Source of the DNA: a virus
Taxonomy: Duplodnaviria; Caudoviricetes
Virus record (IMG/VR): IMGVR_UViG_3300020047_005985
Span: 44,242-108,241 of that record
Reading direction: 5' to 3' (one strand)
DNA length: 64,000 nt
The notes under the pieces are model-generated. The model saw nothing but the letters and a program-made list of their open reading frames with translations, did no database searches and was not told where the DNA came from. Position numbers and translations under genes: made by a program. Of the stretch, positions 8,555 to 16,781 are shown in pieces; the stretch's first letter is position 1; each line of letters starts with the position of its first letter.

Positions 8555-8743
8555 TATCCTTATACAAACCCAACCACAACTTGAGATGTAATCAATATTG
8601 TGTTGAATACAGAAAGCTCTACCTTCATACCATTTAAGGCAGATTTCGACAATACGACCTGATTCAGATCTTATTACTTTGTCAATAATCTCTGCTGGAA
8701 TAGTAATCCCATTGAGATCATAGTCTTTATTATAGTCTTCCAT
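8552..8743 (-). CDS. Small hypothetical protein
   Basis: 63-aa ORF. Confidence 0.5.
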   Translation of the reverse strand: MEDYNKDYDLNGITIPAEIIDKVIRSESGRIVEICLKWYEGRAFCIQHNIDYISSCGWVCIRI

Positions 8744-9758
8744 GACGATGTGTTTTTTTGCTCTAATGTAATAAAATACATCAGAGCGAGTTTGTAGAAA
8801 TTTTATATTGAGGTAAATAGTGTGAGATGGTATTTCACTAACCTACGACAACTGTCGTAGTACTATAAATCCTTGATTATCAACTAATTATCAAATAAAC
8901 ACAAGGATTGAGATCTTGATATCATCCAAGTTTTATACTCAATCCAAGTGTTTATAGGGTAACATTCGTCTCCCCTCCAACTGCATTACTGCAATATCTT
9001 TTAAATTCAGCTATATTACTACTGCTGATTTAGGATAAGTTATTTACCTTACTAAGTCAAGGAAAGTGGACTTATGGATGTAAGGGTTTAAGAAGAATAA
9101 CCAAGTTTAACTTACTCAAACGCTGACGCTATTGAAACTTGGTAATATATTTTTAATCAACAGTAGAGATCAATGAGTATCTCTCCCTGCCCGATTTAAC
9201 CATGAAGTGCTCTACCTACAATATAGGTGTAAAACATGGAACTCACACCTTGGGCCAAGCAGGTGTAATATCTACTGTTGATAATATCTTGACACCATAT
9301 TATATAGGAGACTTTCAACAGAATTTACTGTTCTTACTCCAATGTCTGTATCGCAGATATATAATAGGTGTATTAATCAAATGAAGGAACAGAAGGATTG
9401 AAGGCTATGAAATCTCAGTGCTTTTCAATCCAACTGTTCCCGTAGTTTTTTACTATTATATGCCTGACTCGGAGAAAACGAATGCTCCATGTAAATACCA
9501 GACTGTACCCCTTTAGACCGTAGGGTAGATATAACAGTTATCCACTTGTCCTCTCATTCTTAGTAAGAGTTAAGCCTAAATCAATAGGCTGTGGATACCT
9601 CTTTTTTGATGAACACCTCATTCTATTCATCCCTTGATATAATTATATGAATCAACAAGAATAGTTGTTGTTTGTACATCATATAACCCCAAGTGCACAT
9701 GGCCTTGAGTATTCTTTAAAACGAGTTTTATATGTGGGAAACTCGGTGTAACCAATTC

Positions 9759-9813
9759 TTAAACACCAGTCCAATGTCTAATATCTAAGACTATTGGATT
9801 TAAACTGGTGTTA
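9759..9813. repeat. Hairpin element copy 2
   Basis: ttaaacaccag-tccaa...ttgga-tttaaactggtgtta, with compensatory changes relative to copy 1. Confidence 0.7.
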
Positions 9814-9821
9814 TTTGTAGA

Positions 9822-9995
9822 TTAAGTCTGATTGCCATCAATTAGGCCCTCTTCATATCTTTCTTTAGGAATGAAGTAGGCAGAATCAAGATGCTCCTGC
9901 TCTTCAGAAGCTTGACAAAGATAGGCTTCTGACCGAAACCATTCTTTATCCATATACGCCTGCGATTCAGGCCATAATACCAGTACGTAGTTCAT
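9822..9995 (-). CDS. 57-aa small protein of a type recurrent in crAss-like phages
   Basis: Manually translated MNYVLVLWPESQAYMDKEWFRSEAYLC...SAYFIP; below the ORF-track cutoff. Confidence 0.7.
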   Translation of the reverse strand: MNYVLVLWPESQAYMDKEWFRSEAYLCQASEEQEHLDSAYFIPKERYEEGLIDGNQT

Positions 9996-10083
9996 AATAA
10001 GTTATAGAGTGAGTGAGAACAATAGCTCCCATCAATACTTGAGCCATAAAGCCGGAAGTAATGACAGGAGCAGCATCATGAGT

Positions 10084-10356
10084 TTACAGGGTGGCAATCA
10101 CATCAGCACCTGGCTTTGGGTTGATAAGGCAAGCCTTAGTCATATCACCATCAGGGATGAGGATAGACATAGGCAACTTAACATCCAAATCCTGTTGGCA
10201 GTTATAGTTGGTGCCATTGTCAGCAGCAACAAATAACTTATTGGTGTTAGGATTACGAAGAACATCCAATTTAGTAGCCCCAACATTCTGCTTGAACAGA
10301 TTGATGGACATGAAACCAAATGTGGTTGTTGGTACTTGAGCAGCTTGATTAGCCAT
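10084..10356 (-). CDS. Small conserved crAss-like protein, first gene of the minus-strand block
   Basis: MSINLFKQ..LDVLRNPNTNKLF...CLIN motif pattern. Confidence 0.7.
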   Translation of the reverse strand: MANQAAQVPTTTFGFMSINLFKQNVGATKLDVLRNPNTNKLFVAADNGTNYNCQQDLDVKLPMSILIPDGDMTKACLINPKPGADVIATL

Positions 10357-10760
10357 GATTTACGATAATTTATTGAGTGAAATAAAATGTATGGTTAGGT
10401 CGGCATTATAAGCAATGCCGCAAACTGTTCGTAGTATTTCTCTACGACCTAACCACCAGGGGAGTCTTCCTTCCCTAAAACTAAGAGGGGGTGGGGTTTG
10501 GGTTACTCTATCAAGTGTTATTCTTTCCAAAAAAACTAAAAAACAAAAAAATAAATTTACATTATCAAATACAACTCTTTCTAAAAAATTCCAAAAAAAA
10601 AATTAAAAAAAAAATAAAATCACCTAATTTTTTACAAAACAATGTACTTACAAAAAACACCTAAAATTATTTTCATTTACCCATATTGTATCTGGAGCTT
10701 CCTATTGCACTTTTTTAGTTAAGGAAAAGTTAAAGTTTTAAAAACACCTTAATTTCAATC

Positions 10761-10790
10761 CTGCACTATTTTTTATACCTTATCTTTGTA
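10761..10790 (+). promoter_or_regulatory. Bacteroidota-type sigma-70 promoter (CTGCA-N15-TATCTTTGTA)
   Basis: TAnnTTTG -7 consensus; identical architecture at 38661-38690. Confidence 0.65.
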
Positions 10791-10794
10791 CCAA

Positions 10795-11227
10795 GTTTAT
10801 AACCTAAACCTAGCATCCTTAGATCAGCCTGTGGACTACATTTAACCAAATGTTAGAACAGGTTCAGAAGTCGGTTTATAAGAAGTAATCCCGTAGAGTA
10901 TTATACTTTAGGTGGTGATGAAAATGAAATTTCACCGATAGATGCGAATATGGTGTAGATATAAAAGGTGTTATTTAAACAACTGGGAGAGAAGAAGTAA
11001 ATATTCAAGATTAATTCTTGTTAGAACTTCTTATGCCGGACTTGGTAATCTTTATATAAAGAGTATAAAAGTTAGTTGTTTATGGTTAAAGTTGAATCCT
11101 AAAGATTTGATGTACGCACTGGCACCCAGAAGTTCTACATTAATTATAGAGCTAAAAGCTCTCAACCAAATTGAAGTGACATTCAATGGGGGAGGGAGAG
11201 GTATATCAAAAAATGAACTTTTAAATT
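10795..11227 (+). ncRNA. Putative ~430-nt structured leader or ncRNA
   Basis: Multiple stems including 10868-10886/11026-11043; lies between the promoter and the first plus-strand ATG. Confidence 0.45.
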
Positions 11228-11401
11228 ATGAGTAAAACAACTAAACTTATAAAACACGGTACAATAAAACAAATGGTTAGAAGGAAAACACAAGTAAAAT
11301 ATAAACCTTCACCCAATGAATCTAAAGATTATACTAAACTTATTGTTATTTTTACAATTACTTTTGTAGTAATCACCATAATAAAAATGTTATGCTTTTA
11401 A
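11228..11401 (+). CDS. 57-aa basic protein with a C-terminal TM segment
   Basis: Manually translated MSKTTKLIKHG...IVIFTITFVVITIIKMLCF. Confidence 0.5.
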   Translation: MSKTTKLIKHGTIKQMVRRKTQVKYKPSPNESKDYTKLIVIFTITFVVITIIKMLCF

Positions 11402-11562
11402 TATTATATGCTGTTATCGCAGGAGTTTACACTAAAGCTTACTTTGAAGAAAATATACTTTATGTAAATGTTATGCGTGATGTAATTGAGACAATTATAA
11501 ATGGAGTATTTTGGCCATTAAGTTTATTATATTTTATTTTTAAAAAAGAACTTAAACAATGA
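11392..11562 (+). CDS. 56-aa membrane protein
   Basis: MLLILYAVIAG...GVFWPLSLLYFIF; ATGA overlap with the next gene. Confidence 0.5.
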   Translation: MLLILYAVIAGVYTKAYFEENILYVNVMRDVIETIINGVFWPLSLLYFIFKKELKQ

Positions 11563-11909
11563 TAATTAATCCACTAAAAGATATAATGGATAAAAATCCA
11601 CAAGAGAGTATTGTGGTAACTAAGAAACAGTTTTTTGAATATTTTTACAAACTTTTAAATCTTAGAGGTTTAGGTCTTACAGAAAATGAGATTAAAGTTT
11701 TATCAACTCTTAGTGCTAATATGACACTAGAGGATACAGGAATTAGTAAAAATAATCTTCCACCTGTATTGAAGAAGTTGGAAGAAAAAGGATTAATTCT
11801 TAATAAAGAACTGACAGAAGTTTCTAAATCATTTGCTACTAAATTAGTAGATGATGTGACAATGATTATTAAATTTGAAATAGAAAATGATACTGGACAA
11901 AATAATTGA
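11559..11909 (+). CDS. Winged-HTH (RepL/MarR-like) DNA-binding protein
   Basis: LTENEIKVL...GISKNNL..VLKKLEEKGLI. Confidence 0.6.
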   Translation: MIINPLKDIMDKNPQESIVVTKKQFFEYFYKLLNLRGLGLTENEIKVLSTLSANMTLEDTGISKNNLPPVLKKLEEKGLILNKELTEVSKSFATKLVDDVTMIIKFEIENDTGQNN

Positions 11910-12075
11910 ACTCCAGATCGAATTATTGAAGAAATCAAGAGTACCTACAACGGTATTAATGAGTATAGGAAACTTTAATATATTGGTGAAAGAGTTAGAG
12001 TCTGATAGATACTTAAGTTCTATCCACAATATGAATATTGAAATAATTAATAGTAAACAATTGGTTGTATTATGA
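11887..12075 (+). CDS. Hypothetical protein
   Basis: Overlapping operon-like packing. Confidence 0.55.
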   Translation: MILDKIIELQIELLKKSRVPTTVLMSIGNFNILVKELESDRYLSSIHNMNIEIINSKQLVVL

Positions 12076-12416
12076 TAATGGTTGATGAAATTGCTATTAT
12101 AAGCAGGGCGGAACAAATTAAACCTCAGCCTAAAAAAATTGAGGGATTTGAATATCAAGAAGAACTTACGGAGTTTCATTCTAAAAACAAAACAGGAGTA
12201 TGGAAAATACCTTTTGGTTCTAAGTTAAAAGAAAAAGGATTTATTGCTGTTGATGTTTATAATCCTGATGAAATTGATTTATCTAAATTTATAAGTGGAG
12301 CAATCTATCAAAAATTTCAGACTAAAGATGGTCTGACAGTTATAGCTACACTTATTATTCAAGAAATTGGTAAATATGATAATTTAAATTATACTTTTGT
12401 ATGCACTCTAAAATAG
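12072..12416 (+). CDS. Hypothetical protein
   Basis: ATGA overlap with the upstream gene. Confidence 0.6.
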   Translation: MIMVDEIAIISRAEQIKPQPKKIEGFEYQEELTEFHSKNKTGVWKIPFGSKLKEKGFIAVDVYNPDEIDLSKFISGAIYQKFQTKDGLTVIATLIIQEIGKYDNLNYTFVCTLK

Positions 12417-12542
12417 GAGTTTATAAAGAAGATAATTTTATAGTTTATTATTTTAAAGATGGAACCGTAGTGTCAATGGTCTCTAATCCACTTTTTGATG
12501 ATATAGAGAACTTTGATAAAATTCCAAACGGAACTAAATTAG

Positions 12543-12842
12543 ATGCAAAAAGCATTAGCATTAGAAGTAGCAAGAGAGTTAAAAATGTCACCAGAAAAGG
12601 TGTATGAGATTTGCAAGAGTTTTCATGATGGTATTGGAATTGTTCTATCTGATCCTGGTGATTGTAAAAGTGGTTTATTAATACATAATTTTTTATGTTT
12701 TAATTTAAAAGAATCTAAGTTAGATAAGGTGTTACACTTAGAGGATGAGAATACAGAATTAAGACACCGAATGAAAGAAAATCTAATTAAATTTAGAAGA
12801 AAAAACAAAAACAATGTTAAGAAAAAACAAGCCGAAGGCTAA
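12543..12842 (+). CDS. HU/IHF-like DNA-binding protein
   Basis: LALEVARELKMSPEKVYEICKSF...LIHNFLCF resembles the HU N-terminal helices and strand. Confidence 0.55.
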   Translation: MQKALALEVARELKMSPEKVYEICKSFHDGIGIVLSDPGDCKSGLLIHNFLCFNLKESKLDKVLHLEDENTELRHRMKENLIKFRRKNKNNVKKKQAEG

Positions 12843-13404
12843 ACAAACAATGAATGATTTTATTAAAGCAAATCAATCTGATAATCCAATGGATAAGCAG
12901 GTTAAGATTGCACAAACAAATATCCATGCTTTTAAGTACACTGATACTTATATGGAGCAAGTTGTAAAATACAACGAAAATATTCAGACTATTGATCCTC
13001 TCTATGAGTCTGTAAAACCATTACATGAAATTTTAGTAAGATTTTATTTACATGAACCTACAAAAGTGGGAGAACTTGTTATGCCTTATAAGCAGATGAT
13101 TCCAATTGAAACTAAATCTGGAATTGCAGGTTATAATGAAGTAGAATCTGATTTTCCTTTCACCATGAAAGCTGTGGTGATTTCGGCTCCAGAATCTAAT
13201 CCACTTAAAACAGGAGATGTAGTTTTCTTATCTAGAAAAGCTATCATGATTCATGCTATTGGAAATGGTGCTAACGCTAAGATTGTAGTTGCTCAAAGTT
13301 TTTGTCACCCTGATAGTAATTTAGCAGATCCCCCAACTGATATTACCAATCAGCATTACGGGTATGCGATGATTCAATATCATGAAATTAAAGCTAAACT
13401 TTAA
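12814..13404 (+). CDS. GroES-like co-chaperonin with N-terminal extension
   Basis: VKPLHEILVR..EPTKVGELVMP...KAVVISAP...LKTGDVVFL parallels GroES motifs. Confidence 0.5.
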   Translation: MLRKNKPKAKQTMNDFIKANQSDNPMDKQVKIAQTNIHAFKYTDTYMEQVVKYNENIQTIDPLYESVKPLHEILVRFYLHEPTKVGELVMPYKQMIPIETKSGIAGYNEVESDFPFTMKAVVISAPESNPLKTGDVVFLSRKAIMIHAIGNGANAKIVVAQSFCHPDSNLADPPTDITNQHYGYAMIQYHEIKAKL

Positions 13405-13413
13405 TCTTGATTA

Positions 13414-13638
13414 ATGGAAAGAAAATTCAATGTTAAGTTAGTAAGGACATATAAGTATTGTCTTAAATGTACTGGTATGATGGTTCAATGTACTTGGGGA
13501 AGTATGTCAATAACTGATACTACAGGAACTTTTGCGCTCACCCAATTTAATCATAAATGTGATAAATGTGGACATGGAGAAAGCTATGATAGAAATTATC
13601 CAATATTAGAATATATTGACGATGGAGAATTGGAATAA
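13414..13638 (+). CDS. Zn-ribbon protein
   Basis: CLKC...HKCDKCGH...YP. Confidence 0.65.
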   Translation: MERKFNVKLVRTYKYCLKCTGMMVQCTWGSMSITDTTGTFALTQFNHKCDKCGHGESYDRNYPILEYIDDGELE

Positions 13639-13894
13639 ACAACTTCACAACTTTGGTAATCTTACTAAAGGAAATACATACAAAACACACTTTGAATATT
13701 TAGGCTCTAAATCCATAAAGGAAATAGAGCCTTTGTGTTCTTGTGTGAAATATAAGTTTAATGAGAATAAACTAACTGTTAATTGGACAATTAAAAATGG
13801 TATAGCATCAAATTATGTATCTAATAAGATTATTATGATTACATATCAAGATGATACTGTTGATGATTTAACAGTTACAGGTTTTGTAATATGA
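13616..13894 (+). CDS. DUF1573-like Ig-fold protein
   Basis: HNFGNL..G...FEY.G..I..I.P.CSC motif. Confidence 0.55.
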   Translation: MTMENWNKQLHNFGNLTKGNTYKTHFEYLGSKSIKEIEPLCSCVKYKFNENKLTVNWTIKNGIASNYVSNKIIMITYQDDTVDDLTVTGFVI

Positions 13895-13946
13895 ATATTG
13901 AAATAAAAGTAATATTAGAAATTTTTAACCGAACAAAAAGAACTAT

Positions 13947-14243
13947 ATGATAAAAGAACTCATTAAAAGATATAAACAAGAAATACACCCGTGTATGCTT
14001 TGGCTGTTAATACATGTATATTATGATTTAAATACTAAAGCTTGGTATAATGGAGACCACATACTAGTGGAAGGAGATGAATTTGAAAATTCTCCTGTTG
14101 AGGAGAGTGATGGTTATTCATTTGAGGTTGCACCCAAAGGTTATCTTAATATTCAAGATTACACTTTTCAGGAATTAAAAGATTCGTTTGTTTATCTTAG
14201 TGAACAAGAGTTGAATTTACTTAAAACGTATATGAAAAGATGA
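13947..14243 (+). CDS. Hypothetical protein
   Basis: 98-aa ORF, ATGA-coupled to the next gene. Confidence 0.6.
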   Translation: MIKELIKRYKQEIHPCMLWLLIHVYYDLNTKAWYNGDHILVEGDEFENSPVEESDGYSFEVAPKGYLNIQDYTFQELKDSFVYLSEQELNLLKTYMKR

Positions 14244-14794
14244 GTACCTTTGCAAGTATTGATAAGCATCAAGATGGGAACTTTTGGGAACTTAATCCAC
14301 ATATTAAATATGTAGAACCTTTTGCAACTCTTTATTCTAATGATACTTCTAAGAGTAAAGAACAGTCTTCTAAAGATATGTGGTGTGTGCTTTGGTTAAC
14401 TGATCCTGATGAAGAAGTTAATAAATATTATAGGATTGTGGATAAACAAGAAAAATTAGATATATGTTTAAAATTTAATTCTAATTTTGATCCAAATAAT
14501 CCTGTTGTTTCTGAATGTTTAGAAAAATATCCATACTTATGTTTGAATGCTGATGAATTAGCATATAAGCTTCAGAAAGATCAGTTAATTGAAATTAGTC
14601 AGTTTTTATCTAATCTTCCAATAACAATGGATACGGTTAAAGAGATTATTGATCTTAAGGCTAAGTTACCAAAGATATATCAAGATTTTGAAAAAATAGA
14701 AAAAATGTTTCAAAAGAATAAATCCGAACAAAGAGTTTGGGGTAATAGAAAACTAACTGCTCGCGAGAGAGGTTTAATAACACCTGATGAATAA
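14240..14794 (+). CDS. Conserved protein upstream of TerL (terminase small subunit candidate)
   Basis: Position, helical C-terminal half; D.SKSK..SSK.M motif seen in crAss-like pre-TerL genes. Confidence 0.5.
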   Translation: MSTFASIDKHQDGNFWELNPHIKYVEPFATLYSNDTSKSKEQSSKDMWCVLWLTDPDEEVNKYYRIVDKQEKLDICLKFNSNFDPNNPVVSECLEKYPYLCLNADELAYKLQKDQLIEISQFLSNLPITMDTVKEIIDLKAKLPKIYQDFEKIEKMFQKNKSEQRVWGNRKLTARERGLITPDE

Positions 14795-14990
14795 AGAATT
14801 GTTTGACATTTTAGTTTCCAGTAAGAGTATGGCTTTATTTTTAAAAGAATATTCTTCTGGAAATATTGAGAATAATTGTGAAAAGCTGATAAAGCAAATA
14901 AATAGTTACTTAGAAAACGAAATACTTTATGGAGATAAAGATAATACCATTGCATCCTTTTCCGAAAAATCTTCATGTAATATTCAGTAA
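14787..14990 (+). CDS. Hypothetical protein
   Basis: 67-aa ORF overlapping neighbours. Confidence 0.4.
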   Translation: MNKELFDILVSSKSMALFLKEYSSGNIENNCEKLIKQINSYLENEILYGDKDNTIASFSEKSSCNIQ

Positions 14991-15273
14991 GCCTGATGAA
15001 GCTTTTGATTATATTAAACAGCATTCACAAGGTTTAGATCATTTGACTGTTGAAGATCTTCATTATAGTTTTGGTTATACTGTACGAGATGGAAACTGCA
15101 CAATTTTTCTTTATATTCATAAACCACTAAAGAAAGATATTGGTTTGTTGGTACATGAGTCTTTACATGCTGTTCAGTTTTTAATGGAGTTTATGGATAC
15201 TCCTTTTACAAATGATACTTCAGAAGTATATGCGTATATGCAACAATATATTATAAATAAAATATTAAAGTGA
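14929..15273 (+). CDS. Small zincin-like metallopeptidase
   Basis: LLVHESLHAV (HExxH) followed by SEVYAY. Confidence 0.65.
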   Translation: MEIKIIPLHPFPKNLHVIFSKPDEAFDYIKQHSQGLDHLTVEDLHYSFGYTVRDGNCTIFLYIHKPLKKDIGLLVHESLHAVQFLMEFMDTPFTNDTSEVYAYMQQYIINKILK

Positions 15274-15842
15274 TTACTGATATTCAAAGATTAAAAAAAG
15301 ATCTTATTTATATTGAAGATAGAACTAGATTCTTGGTTAATGTGCCATCTTTACATCCAGATCATCCTGATTTTCCAGGATTATGGAAAAAGTATTTTCA
15401 GTATTGTATTGAAGGTTTATGGGCATATGATAATGGGGGTTGGAGATTTATGCCACCAACTTTATTTTATTACGCAAACTTTTTTAAGATTCAACATACA
15501 GAAAGTGGTTCTAAAGTCAGAAGATATGTTAAACCTACTATAAGAGATTTAGACTGGTTAATACATTATTCTTATTTAGAAGCACAAGGTTTTTCTGGTT
15601 ACAAAAATGATAATTTATATAGTTGTGATATTGCACTTATAAAAGAAAATCTTTATAAGGAATTAGAGAAATCTAGTAAACCTGAACTTAGACTAAGGTT
15701 TAATCACATACATTCTAAAGATGGTAAAAGAAAACAATATATTCCTGCAAGAGAGTATATAAAAAGATTACATGAAGAAAATTTAGGTAAACCTTTATAT
15801 GAAAATCCTGCAAGAAATATTATTATTTTTGGTTCTCGCGGT
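15270..15842 (+). CDS. terL: Terminase large subunit, exon 1
   Basis: LFYYANFFKI..P..RDLDW crAss TerL N-terminal motif; ends IIIFGSRG (first half of Walker A). Confidence 0.85.
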
Positions 15843-16781
15843 TGATCACTCTTCTGCCGCAGTAATTAGTAATAATTATTAAGAAATATGTAAATTGCTG
15901 GAAAGCGACATAACTTATTTCACCACAACATAGTTTGAAAAAACAGGTGTGAGGGTTTGAAAAGAAATAGGTGTTGTAATCAGCAGCCAAGCTCCTTAAA
16001 CGGAGAAGGTTCAACGACTAGTATTACTTTAAAAAATTAGACTTTAACTTAGTTAAGGCATGACAAAAAGCGATAAAAATTTTATAATAGCTTGTGTTCT
16101 TGGAGACGGATGTATAAATCAACGAATTGTAAATAATACAGTTCAAGCAAGGTTTATGCTTCGACACTCGAATAAACAGTTTGACTATTTTCTATGGAAA
16201 GTAGAAAAGTTAAAAACTATACTTAGTAGTTCACAAGCTAAAACATTTCAGAAGAAATCAGATTATTACTATGAGGATGAATCTGGGAGAAGTAAAATTC
16301 TTTCAGTAAAGTTTGAAAGAAATCATCCTTATTTTAAAATATTGTACAGATTTATTTACCAAAATAAACGAAAAACATTTTCAAGAAAAGTTTTAGATAG
16401 ACTTGATCCATTAGGTTTAGCAATATGGTATATGGATGATGGTTCTATTTATAATGCAAAATATAAAAGAAAAGACGGTGTGGAGAATTATAGATCTTGT
16501 ACAATACGCTTAAATACATATTTAAGTGAAAAAGAAAACGAAGTGATAATTAAGTATTTTAAAGATGTGTGGAATATTAACTGGTATCAGGAAAAAGAAA
16601 AAAAATTCTATAGATTAAGATGCGGTAAAGCAGACGAGATAAATAAATTTTTTACTATCATTAAACCGTTTATAATTCCATCAATGTTATATAAAATCAA
16701 TATTAAAATTGGCCAACAAGTAATACATAAAACATATCCCCTACCAAGTAACGTTGAGGGTGAAGATATAGTCTAAATTAG
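15843..16781 (+). mobile_element. Group I intron in terL
   Basis: 5' splice site after U; IGS gccgc pairs with exon gcggt; P (aaattgctggaaa), Q (aatcagcag), R (gttcaacgacta) and S (gaagatatagtc) elements; terminal G at 16781; splicing restores GSRG|GGKSF in frame. Confidence 0.9.
16060..16776 (+). CDS. Intron-encoded LAGLIDADG homing endonuclease (two-motif type)
   Basis: IIACVLGDG and LAIWYMDDG motifs; ORF lies between intron elements R and S. Confidence 0.9.
   Translation: MTKSDKNFIIACVLGDGCINQRIVNNTVQARFMLRHSNKQFDYFLWKVEKLKTILSSSQAKTFQKKSDYYYEDESGRSKILSVKFERNHPYFKILYRFIYQNKRKTFSRKVLDRLDPLGLAIWYMDDGSIYNAKYKRKDGVENYRSCTIRLNTYLSEKENEVIIKYFKDVWNINWYQEKEKKFYRLRCGKADEINKFFTIIKPFIIPSMLYKINIKIGQQVIHKTYPLPSNVEGEDIV

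Noticed and set aside
8250-9820. CRISPR array, hammerhead ribozyme or known riboswitch
   Set aside because: No regularly spaced direct repeats and no recognisable catalytic or aptamer cores found by eye; an Rfam scan is still needed.
10415-10606. 63-aa ORF
   Set aside because: Arises from low-complexity G-tracts and A-tracts.
10942-11235. 97-aa ORF
   Set aside because: No motifs and overlaps a strongly structured leader; left uncalled.
15843-15845. TGA readthrough or pseudogenised terminase
   Set aside because: Fully explained by the group I intron, whose removal restores the frame and the Walker A motif.
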